A stretch of 64,000 nt of DNA, from NCBI GenBank assembly GCA_965140785.1, contig OZ223484.1:95847-159846 (forward strand). The letters run 5' to 3'. The position numbers and the translations under genes are program-made. Source of the DNA: an uncultured Ruficoccus sp. Lineage in GTDB: Bacteria; Verrucomicrobiota; Verrucomicrobiia; Opitutales; Cerasicoccaceae. Of the stretch, positions 1 to 10,400 are shown piece after piece. Positions within the stretch are counted from its first letter, which is position 1, and each line of letters opens with the position of its first letter. A model generated the notes under the pieces. The model searched no databases, had not been told where the DNA came from, and saw nothing but the letters and a program-made list of their open reading frames with translations.

Positions 1-1545
1 ATCGTAGCCGGGCCCCTCCACGACCGCCACCTGCCCGAGTGGGAAATCGCCCATCAGGTCGAGCGCACGCTGGAGCGCATGGAGCTGCCCGCCGACCCGG
101 CCTTTGAGAGCCTCTCGGCCGGGATGCGCCGCCGCGTCCTGCTCGCCCGCGAGCTGGCCCGCGAGCCCGAGCTGCTCCTGCTCGACGAGCCGACCAACCA
201 CCTCGACATCGAGGCGATCACCTGGCTGGAGAATTTCCTCAAAAGCTACCGGGGGGCGGTGCTTTTCGTCACGCACGACCGCGCTTTTGTCCAAGGGGTC
301 GCGACACGTATCCTCGACCTCGACCGCGGCACCCTGACCAGTTGGGACTGCGACTACCGGACCTACCTCCAGCGCAAAGAGGAGTGGCTCGCCGCCGAGG
401 AGCAGAACCGCGCCGCGTTCGACAAAAAACTCGCCCAGGAGGAAGTCTGGATCCGCCAGGGCATCCAAGCCCGCCGCACCCGCAACGAAGGCCGCGTGCG
501 CGCCCTCAAGCGCATGCGCGAGGAGCACCGCGCCCGCCGCGAGCGCAGCGGCTCGGCGCGGTTGCAGTTCGAGCAGGCCGGGGCCACCGGGGTCAAGGTG
601 ATCGAGGCCAAGGACGTGAGCTTCGCCTACGAGGGCCGGCCCATTATCCGGGACTTCAGCGACGTCATTCTGCGCGGCGACAAGATCGGGATCGTCGGCC
701 CCAACGGCGCGGGTAAGTCCACCCTGCTCAAAGTCCTGCTGAGCAAGCTCGCCCCCACCTTCGGCACCGTCCGGCATGGCACCGGGCTCCAGGTGGCCTA
801 CTTTGACCAGACGCGGGAGGCGCTGGTGGAGACCGAGACCGTGCAGGAGGCCGTGGCCCAGGGGAACGACTTCGTCCATATCAACGGGGCGCGTCGCCAC
901 GCCCTCAGCTACTTGCAGGATTTTCTTTTCCCGCCCGACCGGGCCCGCAGCCCGGTCTCGATGCTTTCCGGCGGCGAGCGCAACCGCCTGCTGCTGGCAC
1001 GGCTGTTTACCCAGCCTTTCAATCTGCTCGTGATGGACGAGCCGACCAACGACCTCGACCTGGAAACCCTTGAATTACTCGAAAACCTGCTGGTCGAGTT
1101 CAAGGGCACGCTGCTGCTGGTCAGCCACGACCGGGCCTTTCTCGATAATGTCGCGACGGACCTCTACGTGCTCGAAGGCGACGGGCGCGTCCAGCCCTAC
1201 GTCGGCGGCTATCAGGACTTTTTACAGCAAAAGGCGGCCACCGCCCGCGCCGAATCCGCCCGTCAGGCGGCAGCCAAGCCCAAGACCGGCGGCAAGCCCG
1301 ACAAGCCCCGCAAGTTCCTCAACCGCGAGCGTTGGGAGCTGGAGGCCATTCCCGCCGAGATTGAAAAACTCGAAACCGAGTCCGCCACCCTTTCCGAACG
1401 CCTGTCCGACCCGCAGACCTACGTCAGCGCCGCCGACGAAATCCCGGCCCTCAAGGAACGCCTCCAAGCCATTGAAACCGAGACGGCGGCCAAATTCGCC
1501 CGCTGGGAGGAACTCGAAGCCCTCCGCGAAGAGCTGGAAGGCTAG
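1..1545 (+). CDS. uup: ABC-F family ATPase (Uup-like), 5' truncated by window edge
   Basis: Reading frame open from base 1; two ABC domains (LSAG..LLLLDEPTNHLD; GPNGAGKST, LSGGE, DEPTNDLD), ARRTRNEGRVRAL linker and C-terminal coiled coil typical of Uup. Confidence 0.9.
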   Translation: MVAGPLHDRHLPEWEIAHQVERTLERMELPADPAFESLSAGMRRRVLLARELAREPELLLLDEPTNHLDIEAITWLENFLKSYRGAVLFVTHDRAFVQGVATRILDLDRGTLTSWDCDYRTYLQRKEEWLAAEEQNRAAFDKKLAQEEVWIRQGIQARRTRNEGRVRALKRMREEHRARRERSGSARLQFEQAGATGVKVIEAKDVSFAYEGRPIIRDFSDVILRGDKIGIVGPNGAGKSTLLKVLLSKLAPTFGTVRHGTGLQVAYFDQTREALVETETVQEAVAQGNDFVHINGARRHALSYLQDFLFPPDRARSPVSMLSGGERNRLLLARLFTQPFNLLVMDEPTNDLDLETLELLENLLVEFKGTLLLVSHDRAFLDNVATDLYVLEGDGRVQPYVGGYQDFLQQKAATARAESARQAAAKPKTGGKPDKPRKFLNRERWELEAIPAEIEKLETESATLSERLSDPQTYVSAADEIPALKERLQAIETETAAKFARWEELEALREELEG

Positions 1546-1816
1546 AGCACTTTCGCTTTAATCTGTCGCACTCGGCTGAGCTGATTTTAAGTTCTGGCAA
1601 GGCTCTTTCAAGGGACTTGGGCTGGAAGCCCTGACCCCTTGAAAGGAACGCCGCCAGGTTTAAAATCAGCCAGTCCATTCGGATGGGGTCTGTCTTGCGG
1701 CTCGCGGCGTTGGCTGGGGGACTTACGGGCTTCCAGCCCGCTACGCCCCCAACCGCCTGGCGAGCCTTCAAGACATTTCCCCACTGAGTGCGACGGATTA
1801 AAGCGAAAGTGCTCTA
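1543..1816. mobile_element. MITE-like element, 274 bp, with 31-bp terminal inverted repeats
   Basis: TAGAGCACTTTCGCTTTAATCTGTCGCACTC (1543-1573) matches the reverse complement of 1786-1816 at 30/31 positions; TA at both outer ends; no transposase-sized ORF. Confidence 0.75.
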
Positions 1817-1842
1817 AGCAAACGCTCGGCGTTTGATCCGAC

Positions 1843-1884
1843 TGAGGGGCTTCGCCCCTAGGCCGCCAGAAAGGCGGCTACCCC
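1843..1884 (+). repeat. REP-like two-hairpin dispersed repeat, copy 1
   Basis: AGGGGC-ttc-GCCCCT followed by GCCGCC-agaaa-GGCGGC-TACCCC; related copies at 12304, 61674 and 61895. Confidence 0.75.
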
Positions 1885-1976
1885 AAAGGCCCCTATCCCA
1901 GTGTCGATAGCGAAGACTCGCTCAACTCCAGCCCAAACTGACGGGCCGGAGAGAGCACGATCTTTAAGAATGGTAA

Positions 1977-2711
1977 CTACGCCTTGGCGAGGGCGACGCG
2001 GAGGGCTTCGTCCACGGTGAACTTCTTTTCGTAGAGGGCCTTGCCGACGATGACGCCGTCGAGGTTGGCGTGTTTCTGGGCCATTTCCGAGTACACCACG
2101 AGGTCGTGCAGGTCGCTGACCCCGCCGGAGGCGATGACCTGGATGGGCACGGAGCGGAGCATCTCTTCCTGCCCTTCGAAATTCGGGCCAACCATCATGC
2201 CGTCGGTGCTGATATCAGTGTAAATGATCCGCTGCACGCCGGCCTCGGCCAATTTCTGCGCGAAGCTGATGGCGGGCATGTCGGTGACCTCGACCCAGCC
2301 GCGCACGGCCACCTTGCCCTCGCGGGCGTCGATGCCGATGGCGAGATTTTCGGGCCAGCGCTTGAGCAGCTCCTCGACGAAAGCGATGTCCTTGCAGGCG
2401 CGAGTGCCGACGACGATGCGGCTCACCCCGGCCTCCAGCAGGGTCGAGGCGTCGTTCAGCTCGCGGATGCCGCCGCCGAACTCGACCTTGAGCCCGAGGG
2501 CGGCGATGTCCTTGACCACGTTGAGGTTAGCCGGTTTGCCGTCAAAGGCTCCGTCGAGGTCCACAACGTGGACCCACTCGGCGCCGGCAGCCTTGAACAT
2601 GCGGGCCGGTTCCAGCGGATCGTTAAAATACTCGGTTTCTTGGTCGGCCAGGCCCTGCGTCAGTCGCACGCAGGAGCCGTGTTTGATGTCGATTGCGGGA
2701 TAAATCCTCAT
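1977..2711 (-). CDS. hisA: ProFAR isomerase HisA
   Basis: MRIYPAIDI..G..VRL..G, HVVDLDGA, GGGIR, TDIS.DG...GPN and ASGGV motifs; start trimmed to ATG 2711. Confidence 0.95.
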   Translation of the reverse strand: MRIYPAIDIKHGSCVRLTQGLADQETEYFNDPLEPARMFKAAGAEWVHVVDLDGAFDGKPANLNVVKDIAALGLKVEFGGGIRELNDASTLLEAGVSRIVVGTRACKDIAFVEELLKRWPENLAIGIDAREGKVAVRGWVEVTDMPAISFAQKLAEAGVQRIIYTDISTDGMMVGPNFEGQEEMLRSVPIQVIASGGVSDLHDLVVYSEMAQKHANLDGVIVGKALYEKKFTVDEALRVALAKA

Positions 2712-2812
2712 AGTGTTCCGGGGTAGAGAGATACAGGTATAAGGGGGCGTCGCGTCTTGCCCATCAAAAAAACATTTTGCGAAGAACGGGTTTTCTGACA
2801 TTTTACCCTTCT

Positions 2813-3886
2813 ATGGCCAAAAAACAAACCACCGTCCCATCTTTTCTCCAAGCCCTGCTCGACGCCCGCTCCCCCACCGGAGCCGAAAACGAGGCGCAAG
2901 CCGTCCTCGACAAGTACCTCAAGCCCGCCGCCGACAAGTACGAAAAAGACCGCATGGGCAACCGCCTGGCCACGCTCAACCCCAAGGGCAATCCGACCCT
3001 CATGCTGGCCGGACACATGGACGAACTCGGCCTCATCATCCGCTATATCGACGACAAGGGGTTTGTTTACTTTGACGTGCTCGGTGGGCACGACCGCATC
3101 ATGATCCCCGGTCGCCGGGTGGTTGTGCTCAGCAAAAAAGGCGACGTGACCGGTGTCACCGGGAAGCGTGCCATCCACCTGATGGACCCCGAGGACCGCA
3201 AGAAAGTCCCACAAATCCACGACATGTGGATCGACATCGGCGCCAAGAGCCGGGACGAGGCCATGGAACGGGTCTCCATCGGCGACCCGGTGGTTTACCA
3301 GCACGGCTTCGAGCTGATCCATGGCACCGTCGGTGCCTCCCGCGCCTTTGACAACAAGAGCGGCTGCTACGTGGTCAGCGAAACCCTGCGCCGCCTGTCC
3401 GAGACGAAGAAAAAGCTCACCGCCAAGGTCGTCAGCGTGGCCACCACGCAGGAGGAGATCGGCACCCGCGGGGCCGTCACCTCCAGCTACGCGGTCAAGC
3501 CGGACTTCGGCATCGCCGTGGACGTGGGCCACGCCACCGACCACCCCGACTGCGACCCGAAAAAGTACGGCAAGCAGACACTCGGGGGTGGACCGATCAT
3601 CGGACGCGGGCCGAACATCAACCCCTTTGTCTTCGAACGGCTGGTCGAGTGCGCCGAAAAGGGCAAGATCCCCTACCAGATCGAGTGCGAACCGCGCCCG
3701 ACCGGCACCGACGCGCGCGCCATCCAGATGGCCGGCGAGGGCGTGGCCGCCGCCGTGGTCTCGATCCCGCTGCGCTACATGCACACGCCCAGCGAGGTAG
3801 TGGACCTGGCCGATGTGGAGAACACGGTCAAGCTCATCACCGCCTTTGCCCTGAGCCTGAAGAAAAGCGAACGCGGCATCTGGTAA
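2813..3886 (+). CDS. M42 family metallopeptidase
   Basis: AGHMDELG, FDNK, QEEIG.RGA, IAVDV and LRYMHTPSE metal-binding motifs. Confidence 0.92.
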   Translation: MAKKQTTVPSFLQALLDARSPTGAENEAQAVLDKYLKPAADKYEKDRMGNRLATLNPKGNPTLMLAGHMDELGLIIRYIDDKGFVYFDVLGGHDRIMIPGRRVVVLSKKGDVTGVTGKRAIHLMDPEDRKKVPQIHDMWIDIGAKSRDEAMERVSIGDPVVYQHGFELIHGTVGASRAFDNKSGCYVVSETLRRLSETKKKLTAKVVSVATTQEEIGTRGAVTSSYAVKPDFGIAVDVGHATDHPDCDPKKYGKQTLGGGPIIGRGPNINPFVFERLVECAEKGKIPYQIECEPRPTGTDARAIQMAGEGVAAAVVSIPLRYMHTPSEVVDLADVENTVKLITAFALSLKKSERGIW

Positions 3887-3933
3887 GGCCCTTCGGAGTT
3901 GCCTTTTCGGCAAGATTCGTTATAAATCCAATT

Positions 3934-4845
3934 ATGTTTTCTACTCCCAAAACATGGGGAGCGCAGCTTCTTTTTGCGCTGGTGCCGCTGGCCTCGTCGG
4001 CGATTCAGATCAACAATTTCACGGAACTCGTGAATGACCGTTTCGCGGACAGTGACAACTTCATCGCGAACGCCTACGATCTCTCCGGGATCGGACGCAG
4101 CGCCGACAAAAGTCAGGGCCGTTGGGGCACATTGGTCAGCAGCAATGTTTTTATCAGCGCCAACCACTTCCATCCCGACGCCGGTAACAGCATGACCTTT
4201 TACGCCACCAACGACCCCAACGGCGCCTCGGCGACGCGCACCGTCCAGAGCGGCCAGCGCATCGGTGACAGCGATGTCTGGGTGGGCATCCTGAGTGATC
4301 CGGTTCCCAGCGGTTACGCCACCTATACGTTTGCCTCCGACCCTATTTCGAGCTCTCTGGACTTCCTCTTGTCGGACTACAATGACGCGGATGCCTACCT
4401 GTTCGGACGCTCACCCACAGCCTATGCCACCGAGTTGCTAAACGTCGCCGTCGGGCGCAACCGTATCAGCGACTGGGTGCCGAATGTGACGGTGGGCAGC
4501 ACGACTGACAATGCGCTGCTGGCCCGCAAAGACGAGTCAGGCGACAGTGGTTACGTCCCTTATGAATCCTACCTGCAGGGTGGCGACTCAGGGGGACCGC
4601 TTTTCGTCGATACCGGCTCGGAATTCGTATTCGTGAGCTCCAACTGGTTCATAGCCACGCTGGACGAACCCTCGGCTGGGCTGGTAGGCGACTACAATGG
4701 CTTCACCTATCTGGGTAATTACGCCGATGATATCCAGGCCATTATCGATGCCAACCCCGTCCCCGAAGCCCGGCACTACGCGCTGGCAGTCGGGTTGGTG
4801 CTTGGCGGTCTGCTCACGTTGAGAAACCGCCGATTGAAGTGCTGA
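3934..4845 (+). CDS. Trypsin-like serine protease with PEP-CTERM sorting signal
   Basis: Signal peptide; FISANH, GDSDVW and GDSGGPLF triad motifs; C-terminal PVPE + hydrophobic helix + RNRR. Confidence 0.8.
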   Translation: MFSTPKTWGAQLLFALVPLASSAIQINNFTELVNDRFADSDNFIANAYDLSGIGRSADKSQGRWGTLVSSNVFISANHFHPDAGNSMTFYATNDPNGASATRTVQSGQRIGDSDVWVGILSDPVPSGYATYTFASDPISSSLDFLLSDYNDADAYLFGRSPTAYATELLNVAVGRNRISDWVPNVTVGSTTDNALLARKDESGDSGYVPYESYLQGGDSGGPLFVDTGSEFVFVSSNWFIATLDEPSAGLVGDYNGFTYLGNYADDIQAIIDANPVPEARHYALAVGLVLGGLLTLRNRRLKC

Positions 4846-4866
4846 TCAGAGTCCTTTCGCTTGTGC

Positions 4867-5748
4867 TCAGCTTTCGCCCAGGCCGGTGACCTGGAGAATC
4901 TCATGCCGGTAGGGGGCCAGGTTGACCGAGAGGGTGAGGTTGCCAAAAATCGCCGAGCCGACGATGAGTCCCCCCGTTTCCGGTTTTTTTACCTCCGGCT
5001 GACCGGGTAGCAAACGGCCCACCGTCACGATCACGCCGGTCAGTTGCCAGCCCTCCTCTGTCTCCACAAAAACCGCCCCGCCCGTATCGCGGGAAACCGC
5101 CTGAGCTTCAAAGGGCGTCCGCTGAACAGGATTGGCCGAAAAGTTCGTAACCAGCAGCGCTCCTATCCGCTCGTTCTCGCTCAGGCTCGAGATGCGGTTC
5201 GTCCCCCAGCTCGTGACATCGCCCCCTTTGAGCAGCAGGCCGGCGGCATTGCCCAGCTCGCTGCTCTCCACCGGTGTCCACGTCCATGGCCGGGTCGAGC
5301 GATCGACCTGCCAATAGCTGAGTTGCTCCCGGCACGTCCCGCCGGTCCCAATCATGACGACCGGGGTACCAATCTTCGGCGTGGACGAGGCGATCTTCAG
5401 CGGCGGAAAATCCGGCCACAGCCCCTCCTTGAGGCGAAAGAGTTTAAGCTCGGCCTGTTTGAACGGATGGACCGTCTCGACCGCCTCTTCCTGCCCGCGC
5501 CGTTGCCCCTCCAGGACGACCCATTTCGGGTCGATATGCCGGGCGGTCAAGACCCAGCCATTGCCCAGGTAGATGCCCGTACCCCCGCGAACCTGCATCA
5601 TCCGGCCAAACCCCGGATCGCTCGGTTGACCATCCTGCCCGGTCGGGGCCGTCGTGTTACCGCCGGGATTGCCGATGTTGACCAACGCCTGCGCCGAGCA
5701 CACCGCTACCAGAAGCAAAAGTGAAAGAACCCATTCACGCCGAACCAT
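4867..5748 (-). CDS. Secreted trypsin-fold protein with non-canonical catalytic residues
   Basis: Signal peptide; GIYLGNGWVLTARH, AELKLFRL, WGTNRI, RDTGGAVF. Confidence 0.72.
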   Translation of the reverse strand: MVRREWVLSLLLLVAVCSAQALVNIGNPGGNTTAPTGQDGQPSDPGFGRMMQVRGGTGIYLGNGWVLTARHIDPKWVVLEGQRRGQEEAVETVHPFKQAELKLFRLKEGLWPDFPPLKIASSTPKIGTPVVMIGTGGTCREQLSYWQVDRSTRPWTWTPVESSELGNAAGLLLKGGDVTSWGTNRISSLSENERIGALLVTNFSANPVQRTPFEAQAVSRDTGGAVFVETEEGWQLTGVIVTVGRLLPGQPEVKKPETGGLIVGSAIFGNLTLSVNLAPYRHEILQVTGLGES

Positions 5749-5850
5749 TGTCGCCTGTATAAGCAAGCGTCTGGCTGCGGCAAACCATTAGTTATGGTTT
5801 CCGAAACAATAAGCGCGGGAAATTTATTCCCGCCCCTTTGCATACACAGC

Positions 5851-7161
5851 CTAAGCCGCCGGCTCGTCGGCGTCGGATTCGGATTCAGCCTCCTGGCCGC
5901 GCCGCTTGACCTGGGGCTTGCGGGTGCCGCGGACGACCGGAGCGCTGATGATGACCTCCTCGATCGTGTCGTCCTGCGGGATGTCGTACATGATCTCGAG
6001 CATGATCTGCTCCATGATCGCACGCAGGGCGCGGGCACCGGTTTTGAGCTCGAGCGCCTTCTTGGCGATGGCGCCGATGGCGTCCTTGGTAAAGCGCAGG
6101 CGGACATTCTCCATCGAAAAGAGCTTGGAGAACTGCTTCACGAGCGAGTTGCGCGTGTTCTGCAAAATGTGCTCCAGATCGCCCTGCGTCAACTCGTCGA
6201 GCACGGAGACAACCGGCAGACGGCCGATGAACTCCGGGATCATGCCGTAGCGCACGAGGTCCTCGGGCTGAACTAGGCGCATCAGCTCATCGCGTTTCTC
6301 CACCCGTTCGGTCTCGGCCGCCGGATCGAAGCCGAGCACTTTCTTGCCCGCGCGGTCGGAAATCAGTTTCTCCAGGCCGACAAAGGCCCCGCCACAGATG
6401 AACAGGACGTTGGAGGTGTTGAGCTGGATGTACTCCTGGTTCGGGTGCTTGCGCCCGCCCTGCGGCGGTACGTTGCAAACGGTCCCCTCTAAAATTTTCA
6501 ACAGTGCCTGCTGGACACCCTCGCCGGAAACATCCCGGGTGATGGAGACGTTGTCCGTCTTGCGGCCGATCTTGTCGATCTCGTCGACGTAAATGATGCC
6601 GCACTCGGCCTTGCGCACATCGAAGTTGGCCGACTGAAGCAGGCGCAGGACGATATTTTCCACGTCTTCGCCCACGTAACCGGCCTCGGTCAGCGTGGTG
6701 GCGTCGGCGATGGCGAAGGGCACGTCGAGCAGCTTGGCCAGGGTCCGGGCGAGCAGGGTCTTGCCGCTGCCGGTCGGGCCGATGAGCAGGATGTTGCTCT
6801 TCTCGATCTCGACATCGTCGAACTCGGAACCCGACGGGACCTCCGACTTGCCCATGATGGACTGGAGGCGCTTGTAGTGGTTATAAACGGCGACCGAGAG
6901 CACCTTCTTGGCATGTTCCTGGCCGATGATGAAATCGTCCAGGTGCGACTTGATGTCGATCGGCTTGACCAAGTTGAACTGCTGATCGTTGGCCTCGGGC
7001 TGGGCGCCGCCTTCCTTCAGTTCGCGGTCGATGATGGTCTTGCAGACCGTTACGCACGAGTCGCAAATGTACACCCCCGCCGGGCCCGCAATCATCTTGC
7101 GGACTTCGTTCTGCGATTTGCCGCAGAAGGAGCAGAAGGTCATTTTGGTGGATTTGGCCAT
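5851..7161 (-). CDS. clpX: ATP-dependent Clp protease ATP-binding subunit ClpX
   Basis: CSFCGK zinc finger, [31 protein letters not shown] loop. Confidence 0.98.
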   Translation of the reverse strand: MAKSTKMTFCSFCGKSQNEVRKMIAGPAGVYICDSCVTVCKTIIDRELKEGGAQPEANDQQFNLVKPIDIKSHLDDFIIGQEHAKKVLSVAVYNHYKRLQSIMGKSEVPSGSEFDDVEIEKSNILLIGPTGSGKTLLARTLAKLLDVPFAIADATTLTEAGYVGEDVENIVLRLLQSANFDVRKAECGIIYVDEIDKIGRKTDNVSITRDVSGEGVQQALLKILEGTVCNVPPQGGRKHPNQEYIQLNTSNVLFICGGAFVGLEKLISDRAGKKVLGFDPAAETERVEKRDELMRLVQPEDLVRYGMIPEFIGRLPVVSVLDELTQGDLEHILQNTRNSLVKQFSKLFSMENVRLRFTKDAIGAIAKKALELKTGARALRAIMEQIMLEIMYDIPQDDTIEEVIISAPVVRGTRKPQVKRRGQEAESESDADEPAA

Positions 7162-7250
7162 GGCAAAAGAGGTCTGCCTAAACAGACGAAAGGGCGATGT
7201 TCAGGAAAATTTCGCGGTGGTGCAACCGCAATAATGAGCCGCCCGGAGGC

Positions 7251-7847
7251 TTACTGCGGGGGCTTGTTTTCGATCACCTTGTCCACAATCCCGTAGTCGC
7301 AGGCTTCCTGCGCGGTCATGTAGAAGTCACGGTCGGAGTCCTTGTTGATCTTGTCCTCGTTCTGGCCGGTGTGCTTGGCCAGGACGCCGTTGATGGTCTG
7401 GCGCCAGCGGAGGATTTCCTTGGCCGCGATCGAGATGTCCGAGGACTGGCCGGTGGCTCCGCCGGTGGGCTGGTGAATCATCACGCGGCTGTTGGGCAGC
7501 GCGTAGCGCTTACCCTCCGTACCCGCGGCCAGCAGGACGGTGCCCATGCTGGCAGCCATGCCCACGCAGTAGGTGACCACGTCGCAGTGCAGGAAGTTCA
7601 TCGTGTCGTAGATGGCCATGCCGGCCGTGACACTGCCGCCGGGCGAGTTGATGTAGATGTGGATGTCCTTCTTGGGATCATCCATCTGCAAAAACAGAAG
7701 CTGGGCGACCACGGCGTTGGCCACCTCGTCGTAAATCGGCGTGCCGATAAAGACGATGCGGTCCCGCAGCAGGCGGCTGTACACATCCCACTGACGTTCG
7801 GTGCGCCCGTCGCGCTCAACTATGGTTGGAACTGGATAATAACTCAT
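7251..7847 (-). CDS. clpP: ATP-dependent Clp protease proteolytic subunit
   Basis: [28 protein letters not shown] motifs. Confidence 0.98.
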   Translation of the reverse strand: MSYYPVPTIVERDGRTERQWDVYSRLLRDRIVFIGTPIYDEVANAVVAQLLFLQMDDPKKDIHIYINSPGGSVTAGMAIYDTMNFLHCDVVTYCVGMAASMGTVLLAAGTEGKRYALPNSRVMIHQPTGGATGQSSDISIAAKEILRWRQTINGVLAKHTGQNEDKINKDSDRDFYMTAQEACDYGIVDKVIENKPPQ

Positions 7848-7878
7848 GCCCTATATTCGGATGCTGCCCCGGAGCGGA

Positions 7879-9216
7879 TCAATGCGAGTGCGAATGAGCC
7901 TCTTCGGGTTCGGTTTCCGTAACGGTAGCCTCGTTCACCAGGAAATCAAGCGCCTTGTTAATAAGGATATTCCGCTGCATCTCCACAACGCGCTGGCGGT
8001 CCTTCTGAAGTTCCTTGACCAGTTCGTCCGGTTTCATGCGGTTGGACATGGCCTCCATGTAAATGGCGCGGTTGAGGTCCTCGTTCTCGACCTTGAGGTC
8101 TTCCTTCTTGGCGACCTCGGAGAGCAGGAGCTGGGCCTTGACGCGGGCGCGGGCGGCTTCCTGGGCACCGTTGTAGAGCTCTTCCTTGCGCTCCTCGAAC
8201 TGCTCCTGGGTCGCGCCCTGGGCCATGCTGCGCTGCATGAAGTCGCGCAGGAGGCTCTGGGTTTCGCTCTCCATCAGGCTCTCGGGCAGCGGGAAGTCCA
8301 CCTTCTCGGACAGCTTGTCGGCGGCCTGCTGGCGCTTCTGCTGCTCGGCCGACTGCTCCTTCTGCGACTTAATGTCGTCGCGGATGCGGTTGTTAAATTC
8401 TTCCTCCGTCTCGACCTGGAAGGTCTTGAGGAACTCTTCGTTGATTTCGGGCAGGATCTTTTCGCGCACTTCGTGCACTTCGAGGTGGTAGGTCACGGTC
8501 TTGCCCTTGAGAGGTTCGAGCTCGTAGTCCTCGGGGAAGGTCTCGTCCTCGTCCTTCACATCCCCGGCCTTCATGCCAATGATGCCCTCGACGACGGCCT
8601 TGACGCCCGGACCGTGCTCGGCGCCAGCTTCCTCCCAGGTGTTCTTCTGGGTGCCGAAGATGGGCTGGTCGGGCACGAGTTCAGCCACCGGCTGGTCGCC
8701 GATCTTGCCCTCGTAGGAAACTTTGACGTAGTCGCCCTTCTTGGCGGGCTTTTCGACGACGTTGTACTCGGCGCGCTGGTTGAGGATGTGCTCCTTGGCG
8801 TGCTCAAGCTCGTGGTCGGTCACCTCGGACTTGGGCACGGAAATTTCCAGCCCCTTGTACTCGGGCAGCTCGAACTCGGGCTTGATGTCAAAAGTGAACT
8901 TGAGCTCGGTGTCGGCGTCCTCGAGGAACTCCGGGTCGGCCAGATCGACGAGGTTCAGCACGGTAAAGCCGCCGTCCTCGATGGCCTTCGAATAGGCTTC
9001 GCTGACGAGCTTCTGGCGGACCTCCTGCTGGATCTCCTTGCCATAGCGCTTCTTGACCATGTCCTTGGGAGCCTTACCGGGACGGAACCCGGGCAGGCGC
9101 GCCTGCTTAGTGAAGTCGCCCAAGAGGCTGACTTCCTTTTCGGCGATTTCGTCGCGGGTCACAGTGACCTTTACGAGCTTGCGGGTGTCGTTAATATCTT
9201 CGACTTGTATATTCAC
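7879..9216 (-). CDS. tig: Trigger factor
   Basis: GFRPGKAP ribosome-binding motif, FKBP-like middle domain, tig-clpP-clpX synteny; GTG start. Confidence 0.96.
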   Translation of the reverse strand: MNIQVEDINDTRKLVKVTVTRDEIAEKEVSLLGDFTKQARLPGFRPGKAPKDMVKKRYGKEIQQEVRQKLVSEAYSKAIEDGGFTVLNLVDLADPEFLEDADTELKFTFDIKPEFELPEYKGLEISVPKSEVTDHELEHAKEHILNQRAEYNVVEKPAKKGDYVKVSYEGKIGDQPVAELVPDQPIFGTQKNTWEEAGAEHGPGVKAVVEGIIGMKAGDVKDEDETFPEDYELEPLKGKTVTYHLEVHEVREKILPEINEEFLKTFQVETEEEFNNRIRDDIKSQKEQSAEQQKRQQAADKLSEKVDFPLPESLMESETQSLLRDFMQRSMAQGATQEQFEERKEELYNGAQEAARARVKAQLLLSEVAKKEDLKVENEDLNRAIYMEAMSNRMKPDELVKELQKDRQRVVEMQRNILINKALDFLVNEATVTETEPEEAHSHSH

Positions 9217-9319
9217 GGGATTTGCGGATCGTTGAGCAAAAGATGCCGGATATTGCCCAGCTTTGCCTCCGGGTCAAGGCCCGAGTACGATCCACCGCCC
9301 GCCAAATAATCCCACCACC

Positions 9320-10288
9320 ATGACACTATCCCATAAGCAGTTGAGCGCGTGGTACCTGCAACTGGGCCAGATGCTGGAAGCGGGCATGACCCTCAGCGCC
9401 GCCCTGGAGACCGCCGCCGGTCCCCCGGCCCGCGACCGGCAGGCCATGGCCGCCCGCCTGAGCGCCGGCCAGAGCGTGGCCGACACCCTCCAGCACGCCC
9501 CCGACTGGCTCCCGAAGGCGGACCGGCTTTTTCTCCAGGCCGCCTCCCTCACCGGCCAGCTCCCCCAGACTCTCGTCAACCTATCCGAGCGCCACAAGCG
9601 CATCGGCGGCACCCAGATGAAGTGCCTGCTGGCCTGCCTCTACCCGCTGGCCGTGCTCCACTTCGGCATCCTCGCCCGCGCCATCCTCAAGCTGGTCGAT
9701 GCCCACACCGGGCTCCAGTTCGACGCCCCGCTTTTCCTGAAAAACCTGCTCCTGCCGCTGGGCGTGCTGTGGGCGGTTATTTTCTTCGTGGTCTTTCTGG
9801 TCAAAACCGAGAGCCCGGTCATCGGCTTCGTGATGAAGTTTCTGCCCGGCCTGCGCGGCTACGGGCAGGGCCAGCGGCTGGCCGACCTGGCCTACGCGCT
9901 GAAAAGCTTCATCGAAACGGGCCTGCCCATCGGCGAAAGCTGGGCCGCCGCCGGTGCCATCACCGGTAATAAGCAACTGCGCCGCGCCGCCGAGGCCATC
10001 CGCGCGGCGATCAACCGCGGCGAGGCCCCCAGCCGCCACCTGGCCCGGCAGGGGTGTTTTCCGGCGGACTTCATCGCCCTGTACACCAGCGGCGAACAGA
10101 GCGGCCAGCTCGACAGCAGCCTTGCCGTCATCGGTCGCCGCTACCAGGACAAGGCCAACCTCGGCCTCGGCGTGGCCATGGTCATTTACCCGATGCTGCT
10201 TTTCCTCGTCATGGCGGTGGTCATCGCCACGCAGATCATCGGCTTCTACAGCGGCTACTTCGACCGGATCAACGAGATCATGCCGTAA
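9320..10288 (+). CDS. Type II secretion system F / PilC family protein
   Basis: Two T2SSF repeats (QMLEAGM..; GEQSGQLD..L) with transmembrane helices. Confidence 0.8.
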   Translation: MTLSHKQLSAWYLQLGQMLEAGMTLSAALETAAGPPARDRQAMAARLSAGQSVADTLQHAPDWLPKADRLFLQAASLTGQLPQTLVNLSERHKRIGGTQMKCLLACLYPLAVLHFGILARAILKLVDAHTGLQFDAPLFLKNLLLPLGVLWAVIFFVVFLVKTESPVIGFVMKFLPGLRGYGQGQRLADLAYALKSFIETGLPIGESWAAAGAITGNKQLRRAAEAIRAAINRGEAPSRHLARQGCFPADFIALYTSGEQSGQLDSSLAVIGRRYQDKANLGLGVAMVIYPMLLFLVMAVVIATQIIGFYSGYFDRINEIMP

Positions 10289-10400
10289 GGGCCGTCATTG
10301 CCGTACCGCCGCCCAGACTAACGTGGTATTAGTGCATAGCTCCCAGCACCACTCTGTGTTCTCGGTACCCTCTGTGGTTATCCCATTTATTCCAAAGGTC

